Both the position numbers and the translations under genes were made by a program. From NCBI GenBank assembly GCA_046563655.1, contig CM102289.1, forward strand, positions 1,488,001 to 1,552,000: a DNA stretch of 64,000 nucleotides, written 5' to 3'. Shown here piece after piece: positions 46,879 through 61,800 of the stretch (the stretch's first letter is position 1; every line of letters begins with the position of its first letter). This DNA comes from Yuukianura sp. NJ FZ-2021 (lineage: Eukaryota). The notes under the pieces were generated by a model that was not told where the DNA came from, did not search any database, and saw only the letters and a list, made by a program, of their open reading frames with translations.

Positions 46879-49800
46879 ATGGGCAAACCGTGCCCAGTGT
46901 TACTGTTTCTGTTTATGGTGGGACTGAGAGTGAGTGTTGTGGTGGGTCAAGTGCTGACCCCACCATATTTCAATTTGGCCGCCGGTCGCCTTATTAATGC
47001 CAGTTCAACTTGTGGAGAAGACATCAATGGTGGACCAGAACTTTATTGCAAACTTGTTGGAGCCACCGCCGATGCTGATGCAAACATCAACGTTATTCAA
47101 GGACAGGTGAAAAAATGTTGTACTTTTTGTTTTGAATTTCAAAATTTTGAAAATGAGCTTATTTTGAAATTTTCCAAAAGGTGTGTGACTACTGCACTGA
47201 AGGAAGCCATCCTGCGGCTTTTGCAATTGATGGCAGTGAAAGGTGGTGGCAGAGTCCACCCCTCTCGAGAGGAAATGCTTACAATGAAGTCAATCTCACT
47301 ATTGACCTAGGACAGGTAACTATGACAACAATTCGAAAACATAACAGTTACCGGAAATCTCCAACTATGGACCGGACACTTATGATTTTTCATGCTTAGG
47401 AGTTTCATGTTGCCTATGTCACCATAACAATGGCCAACTCTCCTCGTCCTGGTAAGAACTCAAGTCTCTGGTTAAAATTCAGCTTGAAATTTTTAAAATT
47501 TAATTCCCTAAAGTACAAAATTTTACTTGATTAAAAATTTTGTTCATAGGGGTGTGGGTTTTGGAAAGATCAAGTGACAACGGAGCGACGTACAAGCCAT
47601 GGCAATACTTTGCTGACACACCGGGGTAAAATTTTGACCGAGCTGTGAAAATTTCAAAATTTCTGAAAACGTAAATTTTGAAAATATTTGCAGGGATTGT
47701 GAAAACTATTTTGGAGTGGACAGTTATCAACCTATACGTGCTGATGACTCGGTCATTTGTGACACACAGTACTCTAAAGTAGTTCCACTTGAAGGAGGAG
47801 AGGTACATACAAAGCAATTCTAGAATTTGCACACAAACACAACAAAAAATTATGAAAAACTCGAAAATTTAAAGTTTTTGGTTTTGATTTTCAGATTTTT
47901 ATTCCTCTCGTCAAAAATCGTCCTTCTGCACTTGATTTTTTTGGTTCAGACGTTCTGCAAGAATGGACTCGAGCTACAAACATCCGCCTTCGGCTGCTTA
48001 GAACAAAGACGCTTTTGGGTCATCTCATGTCAGTAGCCAGGCAAGATACAACAGTAACACGCAGAGTAAGAATTCAAAATTTTCGTTTCAGAAATTTTCG
48101 ATTGTCACTTTTTTATTCCTGCATAAACAAATTCTGGTTGGGTTTAGTACTATTACTCCATCAAAGACATTTCCATTGGAGGGCGCTGTCGATGCAACGG
48201 TATTTCATTTAAAAATTGGTAGGCGAGAAGTTAAGCTTATGTAATATGACTTGAAGCTAATATTTTCTGAAACAGGTCATGCCGAAACATGTGACATCAC
48301 TGATCCTAAGGACAAGTACCGACTCCTGTGTAGGTGCCAGCACAATACATGCGGTGATCAATGGTGAATTTTCAGCAATAATTTCTAAAGTTTTTTGAAA
48401 ATTTCAATTTCGTTACGATTGCGTAGCATTTTGATGATTTTTATGCAACTTTTTTCCCCCCAATTTCTTTTGTTGCTCTTTACAGTGAGCAATGCTGTAA
48501 GGGATTTGTGCAAAAGGCCTGGAGAATTTCAACACAACAGGCGCCGTTCGCCTGTGAACGTAAGGAAATCACAGTTATTGCACATGCGCAGTTTTCAATT
48601 TCAGATTTCATCAGTGACAACATAATGTTACGGATGTCATTGTGATTGGTAGCTTGCAACTGCTTTGGACACAGTGAGACATGTTACTATGATGAAGAAG
48701 TTGACCGGACGCGTGGGTCAATTGACATTGCCGGGAATGAAGATGGAGGCGGAGTTTGCACCAACTGCAGAGACAATACAGAAGGAACAAAGTAAGTTAA
48801 TTTAATTTTTAACACTTTTAAAAAAATATTTTTCCAAATTCAAGATTTTGAAGCAAACTCATGTTTCTGCCAATTCACAGTTGTAACCGATGCAAAAGTG
48901 GATTTTTTCGACCCTACGGAAAGTACTGGAACGCAACGGATGTTTGCCAAAGTAAGAAACGTGGGACTTTTTTTTTCCAAAACAAGCTAATCAAGATTTT
49001 TTTAAAATTGAATTTTTATATTTGTAGGTTGCCAGTGTTCAACGTACTACCACACCGGCAACTGTGAAGAAGGAAGTGGAAGATGTGAATGTCGTGAGAA
49101 TTTTCTGAAACCGGACTGTGACGACTGTAACTATGGTTACTATGATTACCCCAGATGTAAACCATGTGACTGTCACATCAACGGAACTCGAGGTGAACTT
49201 TGTCATGCCGATGGAGGTCAATGTCCATGCAAACCAAACTTCCAGTAGGTCAACTCATTAACCTTTCTTAAAAAAACTTTTAATTTTTTCTCAAAATTTC
49301 ACCCACAAATTTCTAAATCTAACAAAATGCTGCATTTGTTATGTAGAGGGCTCAGCTGCAGGGAATGTGCTATTGGCTACTACAATTTTCCAGACTGCCT
49401 ACGTAAGTTTTTCTTGATTCTGCACAAAATTATGTGAAATTCATAATTTTTTAAATTTTTTTCAAAATTTTGATTCGATTTCAATAAACTTTTCCAGCCT
49501 GTGAGTGCAACCCCACTGGAGCAATGTCTCCTGGCTGTGACCCGGTCACAGGTCAATGCGAGTGTATCAACAACTACGGGTCACGACAATGCTCTGCTTG
49601 CGAAGACGGCTATTACAACTTCCCAAATTGTCAATGTAATCTCAGAATTCAAATTACTCAAATTTTAAAAAAAAAATCCTAACTCCAAAATTTTATAAAT
49701 TTTGTTTTAAAGAATTTCTTTTATAGACTAACTAATGCTAAACATTTTGTTCAACAGATTGCAACTGTGACATGCGTGGAACGGAACCTGGGATTTGCAA

Positions 49801-52800
49801 CAAAGACGACGGAATGTGCCTGTGCAAAGAGGGCTACGGCGGACCAAGGTACAAAAAAAAATTCAAAATTTTCAAAAAATGTGAAAAACATTTTTATGCT
49901 AAACTGCGAAGTACTGGAGTTGGGATTTTGCATTTCAGATGCGACCAGTGCATAGCAGGATACTATGGAAGCAGAGCCGTTAGCACTGCAAATAGCAACA
50001 ATCCGGAATGTCGTCCATGCAATTGCAGCACCGTTGGAAGTCAAACGACAGTTTGTGATGCATCCGGCCAATGCGTTTGTCTAGACAACTTTTCTGGACG
50101 AACTTGCAACCAGTGCAGAGCGGGATACTACAAATACCCAGAATGTTTATGTACGAAACCATTCTAAATTAATTTTTATCGAATATTTTTTTTATGAAAA
50201 CAAAAAAAAATTATAAAACTTATTTAAATTATGCATTTTTAGCCTGTAACTGTGCCACCGAAGGAGCCATGGGAGTTGGATGCGACGACTCGGGTAGATG
50301 TCAGTGCAAAAGCAGTTTCGACGAGATCAAATGCACAAAGTAAAGCCTGTTTACTTCCCTTTTTACTCTATTTCGCAAATTCTTTTACTTTTTATAAAAT
50401 TTTAACGCCAAGGCAAATCTTGTTTTTTTGTAGATGCAAAGAGGGCTACTACAATTATCCAATGTGTGAAGGTAAGCTTACTTTTCTAATTTAAAAAAAA
50501 AATTTTCGCTGTTTTTTGTTTGTGTTGAAATTTTGATTTTGATTTTGATTTTGATCAGAGTGTAACTGTGACCCTGCGGGAGTGGTAGAATCGTTCAAAG
50601 GTTGCAAAGACAACACAACCAATGGAGAACTGTGTCAGTGCAAACCAAGAGTTCAAGGCCGAATTTGCAACGGTAAAACATTGTTCATAAAATTAGCAAA
50701 AACGAACTAACTTTAGCTCAATTAACTTGAAATTTTAAACTTTTTAGAATGCAAGCCTCTGTATTGGAACCTTCAGCACTACAGTCCTCAGGGATGCCAA
50801 GGTCACACTAATTTTACACTAAAACCGCTCACATTTATTTTATTAAATACTGATTTAAAAAAAACCTATTATGTTTTTAAATTTATAGACTGTGAGTGTC
50901 ACGTTCCGGGTATTTTGGGCGGAGTCAAAGTTTGTGATGGGAAGACGGGGCAATGCCCTTGCAAAACTTATGTCAAAAGTCAAAAGTATTTTGAATTTTA
51001 ATTTTGGGAATTGTAAATACTCCGTATGTTGATTATGTTGATAATATTTTACTGGTATCTAGGTGTGAGGAATGTGCCGATGGTTTCTTCAACCTTACAA
51101 CTTCAAATTTGCTTGGATGCAAAGGTTTACAAAAAAAATCCAGAGTTTCTTAAAATGCTGAATTGTAACTTTACTTAGTAAATACTTATACTGTTAATTT
51201 TTCAGAGTGTGGATGTGATGTCGGTGGCTCAATGCATGGAATTTGTGAAAAAACTAATGGCAATTGTCAATGTCGTCCACGCGTTACCGGACAAACTTGT
51301 ACTACTCCACTTCAAGCCCACTTTTTTCCCACGTTGTTCCAGCATCAGTTTGAAGCAGAAGACGGAACATCGCGGAACGGTGGACCGGCACGGTTTGACT
51401 ACGATACAAACTTATTTCCGAACTATTCCTGGAGAGGATATGCCGTCTACAACGAACAACAAGTACTTCAGAAATATTTTTATACATTTTATATATCAGA
51501 TACATGCTCTATGTACTATGCAATATATCATGCAGACACTTTATACACTACGTCATATATACTTTATATAATATTTGAAATGCTTTGTGTTATAGCCTGA
51601 AACCAGACATGATGTTCCAATCGACAAGTCGTCTCTGTACCGTATCGTATTTCACTATGTAAATCCAACTGATTCCGCAATTGTTGGAGAAATTGAAGCA
51701 ACTCCGGACAATCCAAATGACGCCAAACAGAGGTCAAATGTCCGATTTGAGCCAAATACAAATTTAGTAACAGTCTCAACTGGCCCCATACCTTCTGCCT
51801 TTTACTTCAATCCCGGACGTTGGCAATTTACCATCAAAATCAGCGACTACTTGCTTGTCGTAAGCTATGTTGATAGTAGCCATCAATTAATTTTGAGCCA
51901 CCGTGTATATTTTGTTATGATTTTGGAATGCTTTGTCACACTATTCTGTTTTTTAAAAATTTAGGATTACTTTGTGCTACTGCCAGCAGCGTACTACGAA
52001 GCTTCTATTTTGCAAAAAGAGGTGACGGAGCCATGCCAACTAGAAGTGACTTACGATGATGAGACTGGAGATGCTAATGTTCAGTTTCTGCCTAATCCGT
52101 GTTTGAAATTGGAGTATCCAAGTCTGGAAGCATTTGAATCCACGCGCCAAGACAAGAGTTTCATTATGCGTAATGGAGAAAAGAGCCGACCACGCAAACT
52201 CTATACAGATTCTAAGGTTATCTTCTGAAAATTTCTTTGGAGTTGTGTACAAAGCCATTCTCTTTTGGAAAAACAACAGTTTTTTAATTTGTTTTTGTTT
52301 CAAAATTTTAGGTTTTGGAGGCTTTGGATTTTGAACCTTCAGGTATCGTCGTTCTATCATCAGATCAACCAGAAATTGGGTTTGATTTTGACGTGGCTAA
52401 AAACGGACGCTACGTTTTGCTTGTCAACTATTTCACGCCTGATGGTGATGATGCAACGGCAATTAAAGTGGAAGCAAATTCTGAAAAAGGTAAAATTTCA
52501 AGTTTCAAAATTTCAAAAGCGTTTTAGAAACACATTTTTAAATGATATTTTCATAACTTTAACTTTTGTAGGTCGTGCCAGCGGTCAAGCAATTCTTCAA
52601 AAATGCCTGCACGCCACACTGTGCCGCGAAGTCGTCACCAACGCAGCGGGAGAAGTAGCAGTGTTTCCACTCAGCCAAAATTCAGCCCAGCTTTCTATAA
52701 CAGTATGTGCTAGTTGACGTCATGTCGTCATGGTTACGAAATTTGACGTCATGACGTTTTTTTCATGTTAGGGTGACATTGACGAAGGAGACTTGACGGC

Positions 52801-55800
52801 CATCCACTCTGTTACGGCCATACCACTGCGACGCTTCGTCATGGACTACATAAGACCACAACGGTATTGCATTTTCAAAGATGGCGCCTGCGTAGCAAGT
52901 TCCTACGACTTACCACCAGATTCACACAAAATTGAAGCCGAAGCTGACAATCCTAGTCGTGCCGTTGAACCGCACGGTGTACGACGTCCCGCGGCGGCAT
53001 CTTCAGGCCGGTCGCTGGTTCGCTTGGATCCGACCAACCGCACGCTAGAAATTGCCGGCAAAGTGCCGTCGCCCGGCTACTACCAAATTCTTGTGCACTA
53101 CTTTCAACCAGAGAGTCCCGGTAAGCTTCAAACTAGCATACTATGTACGGTAGAGGGCTCATACATAGCTTAAGAGACAAAGTACGAGAGTGTAGAAAAA
53201 GATTGGGCCAAGTGCGATTCGAACTCGCATCTCTTCTTTCCGAGAAGCACTCTAACCCTTGAGCTATCAGGCCGTCTACAGAGTCTGGAAGGATGGAGCC
53301 ATTGGAGAGCGGCTCCAGCTCATCTCCAGCTCAACTGTTCCCAAACTAGCTAAAACGATTTGGAAATTTTGCTCAAATTTTGAAAGGAAAAAAAAATTAC
53401 GCTTTTTTTCAGATTTTACTGTTGAAGTTGACTTGTTTGATGGAGAGTTACGACCAGGGCGACTGGGAGTGGTGCACTGCCCGTCAACGGCCGGATGTCG
53501 TTCCATTGTTGCCCAAGACGATAAAAGTACGAGATTTTATATTCAACGTGATTTCACTTTGACACTCAAATCGCCCAAAAATGTCTCCGTTGATTATGTT
53601 CTGCTGCTACCTCCTCTGTACGATGATGAAAAAGAGCTTAGCAAGTATTTGCGTGAAAATCCGGTAGATGAAACCCGGAAATTTATAGCCGAATGTGGCA
53701 AAAACCACATGTACTTACCACCAGACACAACAGGATTCTGCAGAGATTCTGTATTTTCTCTAACAACGGACTACAACAACGGTGCTTTACACTGTGAATG
53801 TGTTCCGGCTGGATCGAGCAGTTTTGAATGTGCAGCATTTGGTGGGCAATGTAGTTGCAAACAGAATATCATTGGACGAAGATGCGAAAGGTAAAATCAG
53901 ACTTTCAAAATTTTCAAATGTCTAAAATTTTGAAAAGAAAATCTTAAATTTAAAAGGGTTACTTGGATGTACGTTATTTTAGATGCAAAACAGGATTTTA
54001 TGGATTTCCAGACTGCAAACCGTGTAACTGTCCCTCAACAGCGTACTGTGAACCTACTTTCGGTAAGAATTAAGTTGAAATTTCAACTAATTCTTTAATT
54101 TAGCCCTTTTTCCGTTTTGAAATTTTGTTTTTGAAATTTTTTTCAAAAGTCTGAATTTTTCGTGCCGTTATACTGTGTGTTTTGTTTATGTTTTCTCTTA
54201 TTAGGAAAATGTATTTGCCCGGAGAGGGTTATTGATGATATAGAGGCAGGAACGAAGTGCTCCAAAGTAAAAATATAAATTATTAATCTTGAATTTGTTA
54301 TATTATTATATTATATTATTATTTTGTTAAAATATGCTGTGTTTTTCTTTAGTGTGCACCACAATCTTTTGGCTACCACGCAATCAACGGTTGTGAGGAC
54401 TGTGCTTGTAATCCCATTGGAACAGAGAAAGGCAATGCGCAGTGTCATCTACTCACGGGAATGTGTTCATGCAAAGAAAATGTCGTTGGTCAAAGGTCAA
54501 CTGAAAAAATTTTTTTTCAAAAACGATTTATTCAAAATCTGAAATTTTTTTTTGAATTTATGGTTTAGGTGTGACAAATGTCGTGATGGATACTGGGCGT
54601 TCCCGTACTGTCAAACCTGCCGTTGCGACATTCGTGGAACGACGGCTGAAGTTTGTAACCAAGTAAGTGATTACTTTTTCAAAATTTAAAAATTAAATTT
54701 CCGATTTCAAATTTCAGTTCCAAAATTTCAAAAATGTTCGTTCTAAAAAAAAACCTGTTTTAGGATACGTCTGCTTGCAGTTGCAAGGAATCCGTGGAAG
54801 GGAGAGGTTGCGAAAGTTGCAAAGCGGGAAGTTTCAATTTACAAGAAACAAATTCACAAGGATGCAGCAACTGCTTTTGTTTTGGCAAAACCCAACGCTG
54901 CTCATCTTCATCGCTCTTCTGGAGCCGAATTCTAATCGAGAAATCTGATTGGTCAGCAGTGTCTATCGATCCATTTCAAACTAAAGAGGAGCAGGTCATA
55001 GGTCACGAAGTGGAGTTTGGATTAGGGGATGCTGAGAGTGCAAATGAAGTTAGACCGAAGGCTCCGTTTGTACCAGTCAAAATCCCGCCGGAAGTTGGCG
55101 CCATTGTGGGAAATCACTCGAATCTGCTGTACTTCCAAGGTCAACTCAGAGGAAACTTCTTGGCATCTTACGGCGGAACCCTCAGATACTCTGTACTATC
55201 AAACCCAGAAGATGAATGTAAGTAAACTTTAAAAAAAAACTTAAAAGTTCGAAATTTTAAATATTTTGGAATGTTTTGAACTTTTTAGTAACTGAACCAG
55301 TGTTTGGACCGGACGTTATGATAGAAGGAGATGATTTGCCTCCGTCAATGAAGAAGATTCGTCTGTACCACTCTGCTGTGCAGCAATTGGACGGCGATAA
55401 TCGTATGATCATGGCGCTTCCACTGACTGAAGCATCGTTTTTAGTAGAAAGTTTAACCACTGGACTCATTCCAGCTACAAGAGAACAGGTCATGATCGTA
55501 CTCAAAAATCTTCAGTACATCTACATACGCGGTGCCTACTGGAAGAAAACTGTGGAACCAAAGTGAGCTTTATATTCAAAATTTTTAGAAATTTCTTGAA
55601 AGTTCCAAATTTTAAAAAATTTTCAGACTGTGATATCAGAAAAAATACACAAATTTTGGTTTTGTTAGGTTGGAAGATTTTAGTTTAGACGTCGGGATTG
55701 AAAGTCGGTTTGGAGATGAGGAGGAGCGTGCGTTGTCGGTGGAGAGATGTCAATGTCCGTCCAACTACAGGTAACGCTTAAGAAAAAATAAATTTTGAAA

Positions 55801-58800
55801 ATTTTACTTTCGTAATTTTAAAAAAAAAAAGAAGCTATTTTGAAATGCTTAATTACTTGGGATTCAGAGGGCTAAGTTGCGAGGAATGTGCGCCGGGGTA
55901 CTACAGAACTACAGCTGCAGGACCCTTCGGTGGATACTGCATCCCATGTGACGTAATAAGTTAAAAATTTCGAAATTTTGAAATTCTGTTTTTGAAAAAA
56001 AAGTTTTTGGCTATAGTGTAACGAGCATTCGGAAACTTGCGATCCATTGACAGGAGTTTGCTCAGACTGCAAACATAATACGATTGGAGATCACTGTGAA
56101 ATGGTAGGTTACAGAAACAAAAAGAATGTGCGTTTTTTTTAAATTTTGTAATTTTTAAACTTTTATAATTTTCCGCTTTCAGTGTGAAGTTGGTTTTCAT
56201 GGGAATGCTTTGCAAGGAACTCCACATGATTGTCTCATTTGCGCCTGCCCAATACCTACTGCTCAAAACAAGTACAAAAAAAATTTTCAAAAATCTTTTT
56301 TTACGAGGAATTTATGCATTTTTGAAATTTTTTGCCAGTTTTGGAATAAGTTGTGAACTATTTGACCGTGGATACCAGATCAGCTGTGTCTGCCGTCCAG
56401 AATACACTGGTCCTCGTTGCGAGTCATGTGCTCCCGGTTACTATGGCAACCCAGAGCAACCTGGTGACTACTGCAAACCTTGCATGTGTTCTGGGAATAT
56501 TGATGTGAACGATCCACAATCATGTGACACAAGAACTGGAGCATGCAACAAGTGCACGAACAACACGGGAGGACCGCTGTAATTAACAATTCCTAATTTA
56601 AGATTTTTAAATTTGATCAACTTTAAATTTGAATTTATGAATTTTGTGAAAATGTTTTTGTACTTATGTTTCCAGGTGTAATCTATGCAAGAAAGGCTAC
56701 TTCGGAGATGCTCTTATCCAGAAGGACTGCAAATCATGCAGGTAAGATTCACATCCTCTTAGAACACAATGAATTACAAATTATACCTTACATGACACGT
56801 TACATCAATTACATGAATGTAAACATAAATCACATGAATGTAAAATATATTAGGCATTTGTTGTACTACATTACCTTCTAACTTGGTTTCAGCTGCGACA
56901 CTTGTGGAACGGAGGAGTGCGATTCTTTCAGTGGAATTTGCAATTGTCTTCCAAATGTTGAAGGTAACTAACATAACATACTTTGTTTTAGAATTTAAAT
57001 ATGATAACATTATAAATTGAATTATAATATTAATATAATATAACATATTAAATGCCTTTAGGTGAGAACTGTGACAGGTGCAAACCAGAACACTTTGGTC
57101 TGAGTAGATGTGACGGTAGAGGATGTCAACCATGCCGCTGTGGCTTGGCTTCCGATTCAACTGAATGTAATGACGCCACTGGACAATGTAACTGTAAACC
57201 TGGTGTAACGGGCAAGCAGTGCGACAGTGTAAGTTTTTCAAAAACCAAATTTTTGGACAATTCAAAATTTTGAAAACTATTGTTCAAGTATTTCAAACGT
57301 AGAACTTTGAAGGAAAATTTTTTAGTAAATTGTAAATTTTTTGGGTACAGTGTGCTCCTGGCTTTTGGAATTATACTTCAGAAGGGTGTCAACGTAAGTA
57401 GGACAAAACTTCCAATTCAATCTACTCAATTCGGAAAATTTTTAGTTTATTTTTCAAAATTTGATTTTTTTTAATTTTTCCGAATTTTTTTTCTAGCTTG
57501 TCTTTGTAACCAGGAGTATGCTATTGGTGTTGGTTGTAACCCACATGATGGACAATGTGTATGTCTCCCTGGAGTGATTGGAGCCAATTGCTCGCATTGT
57601 CCACATCGCTGGGTGTTGATCAAAGATCGTGGCTGTAAACCGTGTGACTCCTGTCAATATCAACTTCTAGACGACACAGATCGACTAGCCTACATATTAG
57701 ATCCTGTCAAGAAGGAATTTGATGTAACAGTTACAAATTTTCAAGAAATTCACATTTCAAAATTTGACAAAATTTTTCTGCAAATCCTAGGAAGCTGCCG
57801 TTAGTTACTTCACAACACAGAGATTGGTGTATTTCAACGAAACCGCGGAAATGCTTGAACCCGCTGTGCTGCTTCTCAATCCTTCAACTGAAAATTTAAC
57901 TCCGTACGAAGACGCTGTCACTGCAATGGAAACTGACTCCAAAACATTACGTCAAAAAGTAGATTCTGAGTATCTAAATTTCTGAATTTTTGAATTTCAA
58001 GGTTTGAAAATTATTTTAGGCTGAAGTGTCGAATGAAAGTTTGAAAGAGAAATCGGCTTCTGCTGCTAAACTGAAGATGAAATCAGCTGAAGTTGAATCC
58101 AAAGTGCAAGAGGCCGTTGCCATGGCGACTACAGCCGTTTTTGAAACTAAAGATCTCGTAGAAGGACTTGGAACCAAAGAAAAGCGTTAGAAAATTTCAC
58201 TATAACTTGCATTTTTTTTCCCGTTTTCAGAATCCTGATTTTGATTTTCAAAAATTCCAGAGTCTAGCCCACAAACCGAAGCTGCTTTAGGGGAAGCTCG
58301 AGCAATTCTAGAAGTAATGAAACGCGCCAAGTTCAATGGAAATGACTCTGCAGCAGAAAATGCAACTGCAACTGCATTGCACAAACAAGTCAAAGAATTC
58401 ATTCAGCCAATTGAAGAACTCACGGGGGAATTGAAGAGAGAAACTGATGCGATTGGGGGAATTCGAGACAAGTTACGGGATGTGCGAAATCAAAGCGACT
58501 ACAGTCTTACGACCAGTGCCAAAGCAAATGAAATTATTAACAAAATCAAGTAAATCAAAATTTCAAAAAAAAAATTCTCAGAGTAACTCTAAACGTAGAT
58601 TTGGACTGAACTGCATAATTTAAATTTCAGAGATGTCAAATTTCCCGCCAAAATTGCAATTCTCAAAGGCCTGAGCGAGGACATGGCAGGAAGAGCCGGA
58701 AACGCTTCAATGTTAAACGAGAAATCGGTCGAGAAAGTGGAGCAGCTCAAGAAATCTTACAACGACTTAGGTATGCATCCTCAATTTTCAAAAAAAATAT

Positions 58801-61800
58801 TTGAAGGAAATTTCAAAATTGAAGATTCAAAATTAAGAAAAACTCAACTAAGTTTTTATTGTAGGTACTTTTCGAAAATTTCATATGGAATGTTACTATT
58901 TTCAGAAAATGTTTCGGCAAAGGTAAAAGCCCAAACAGCTCCGTTGGAACAAACTTCCGAAACACTCCGAAACGAACTCGAGAATAACCGAGACACAATT
59001 CGGAACAGTAACGAACACGTTCGGAACCTCAAATATCAAGCGGATCGCCTGGATGAAGACTTCGACCGCTCGAGATCAGCTTCTGAACATGCCGTAGCTG
59101 CTGCAACAGCTTACCAAAAAATTACTGATGCGCTCAAGGAAGCAAATGAAAAAGCTCTAGAAACAAAAGAAAGCTCGGACAACGCCACCATCATGGTAGT
59201 TTCCAGAAATTTCAAATTCCCCAAAAAAAAAATCAAATTCTTAAAAATAAATTTTTTGCAAAATATTTCCAGACCAATGGAATTGGAGAGTCTTCTGCAA
59301 GGGCAATGGAGCCTTCCAGAAATTTGCTAGTAACGGCAGACCAAGCAGTACGACAAGTCGACAATGATTTGAAAACGCCGCTTGAAGATGCTAAGCGTAG
59401 AATCGAGGAAATCAAGGGAACTGCAGAAAAAACAAAAACAAAAGCAGACGTCATTGCAGAGTAAGCAAAGTTAAAATTAAAATTCAAAATTCTTGAAATT
59501 CTGGAAAAATACTTGATTAGACTTTCATTTCCTGCCAAAAACTCATCTTTTCTGTATTTTTTGTAGCGAACTTGCCAGAATGAAAATTTTTCAAGCTCCA
59601 GCCAAACGACGCAGGCGCAGCGATTACTCCGACCTTGAACAAGCAAACATCGTTTCTCAAAGTGCAACTGACAAATCGCAAGCGGCAGTTGAAAGTATTG
59701 AACCAATTTTAAACAAAATTCCAGAAATGGAAGCCAGAACAAAGTCTCTGCCAATCACCGTTGCAGATTTGAACAAAGGACTTCAAGTCGCAGAAAATCA
59801 GCGTAAGTGTAACACAAACTTCAAAATTTGAACAAAAAAAAATTTGAAATTTTAGAAAATTTTGATGTTTTAAAATTTTGTAGTTAACGAAGCCACAGAA
59901 TCAATTCCTTTGTCTTCTGCCATCACCGAGTCACTAGAACAAAAACGCCCGGATTTTGAAGCAAGAAAAACAAAACTAGGAAGAGACATTGCAGAACTGA
60001 AAGAAAAAATCAAAAGTGCTCGTGAATTGGCAAATCGCGTTCCGGTTGGAATGACTTTCGTGGAAAGTTCGAATCTTTTAGTAGCAAATCCGCAATCTCT
60101 TGAAGCTCAACAAGTTCAAACCAAAATTTCGCTGTTTTTCAAAACAAGAGATCCAGGGGGACTCGTACTTTTTATTGGAAATGAACCTGGGAGGAAACAG
60201 GAGGTAAAATTTTGAAAAAAAATGTTAACAAGACAACCTAAATTCGTAATTTCGAAATTTTGAATTTCAGAATGATTTCATGGCGATTGAAATAGAACAT
60301 GGATATCCTCTATTGACGGTTGACCTGGGGTCAGGGTCACAAGTTTACATGATAAATGAAAAGTATGTTGCAGATGACAAGTGGTACAAAGCCACTGTAG
60401 AACGGAGTGGAAGAAATATTCAGTTTACAGTTACAGAAGAAGTTGAAGGAAAAGAAGTTGCTTATGTTAAGAAAGATTCGTACAGTCGAGGAACAAAATC
60501 TTTGTTCAATTTACATCCAAACGCAACTAAAATATTTGTTGGTGGATTCCCGGCCGGGCAATTTCAAAATCCGGTGAGACAATCCAACTTTCGTGGAGCA
60601 ATTGAAGATTTGACTATCGGAGATGAAAAAGTCGGTCTCTGGAATTTCCGAGATGCACAAAATGTTTCACCAGCTTTGGGAAGGTAAAAAGAAATCAAAA
60701 TTTCTGTCCAAAATTTTGAAGGTTTGTATTTTTAAATGTGAAATTTGAAATTTTAGAGACACCTTTATCGATTTGGGCCCAAAACAAGGTTTGCGGTTTT
60801 TGGGTAACGGCTATGCCATATTAGACCGAACGCGCTTTGCGTTTGTGGCGCAATCATCTCTGCGGTTCAAATTTCAAACTCGCGCCAAAAACGGACTTTT
60901 GTTTCTCGTCGGCAAAGGTCGGAAGTTCATGTCACTGGAAATGGCCAACGGCGCGGTCAGTTTTAAATTTGACCTTGGAAATGGCATTACCGATATCACG
61001 ACTCCTGAACCATACAACGATGGACATTGGCACACAGTTTCAGCCGTGAGTTCAGAAATACCACTTTTTTGAAATTTTTCTGAAAAAGTTACAAAATTTT
61101 GAAACTTATTTTTTTCTTTACTTAGGTCCGTTTCGGTCCTTCCGGAAGACTCGAGATTGATGGTCAAAATCGAGGTCAAGCGACCGGACCGGATGGATCT
61201 CTGACTGTTACAGACTACATGTATTTTGGAGGCTATCCGAACCAACACGATTTTCGTGCCGTTACAAACCGTGACTTTGAAGGTTGTTTAGACGAAGTAC
61301 AAGTTGAGAATGAACTAGTTGACCTGCGCAGTGCCGTTGAACAGCGTGACACGATGGCTGGCTGCCCATCGTCTCCAGTTGATCTTGTAGTGTCATTTTT
61401 CGGCGACGGATTTCTCAAAATTGATAGCGGAGTGACACCTTCAGATTGTTAGTGGTCAATATGTGTATAAATTTTCAAAAAAATGACTGCCAAATGTTTT
61501 TTTTTAAATTTTGACCTAAATTTTTTTAATTCGTGTTTTTGTTTTGAAAATTTCAGCGACCCCGCCCATATCACATACGCGAGACGACGTTTTCGAGCTA
61601 ACTTTCAGATTTCGGACGAATGACTCTCAAGGTCTCATCTTCTACGGCACAGACGCAGCTCAAGAAAATTATTTGTCGGTTTCTATGGCCGAAGGAGCTT
61701 TGCATATCAGGACAATGCCCGGTGAAAGTAAAGTTAACACTGAAAAATTGAATGATGGCGGTTGGCATCTTGTCACAATCACACGTGACCGTAACACTCT

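Noticed and set aside
53205..53273. Functional tRNA gene
   Set aside because: 5-nt anticodon loop and imperfect acceptor and T stems; treated as tRNA-derived.
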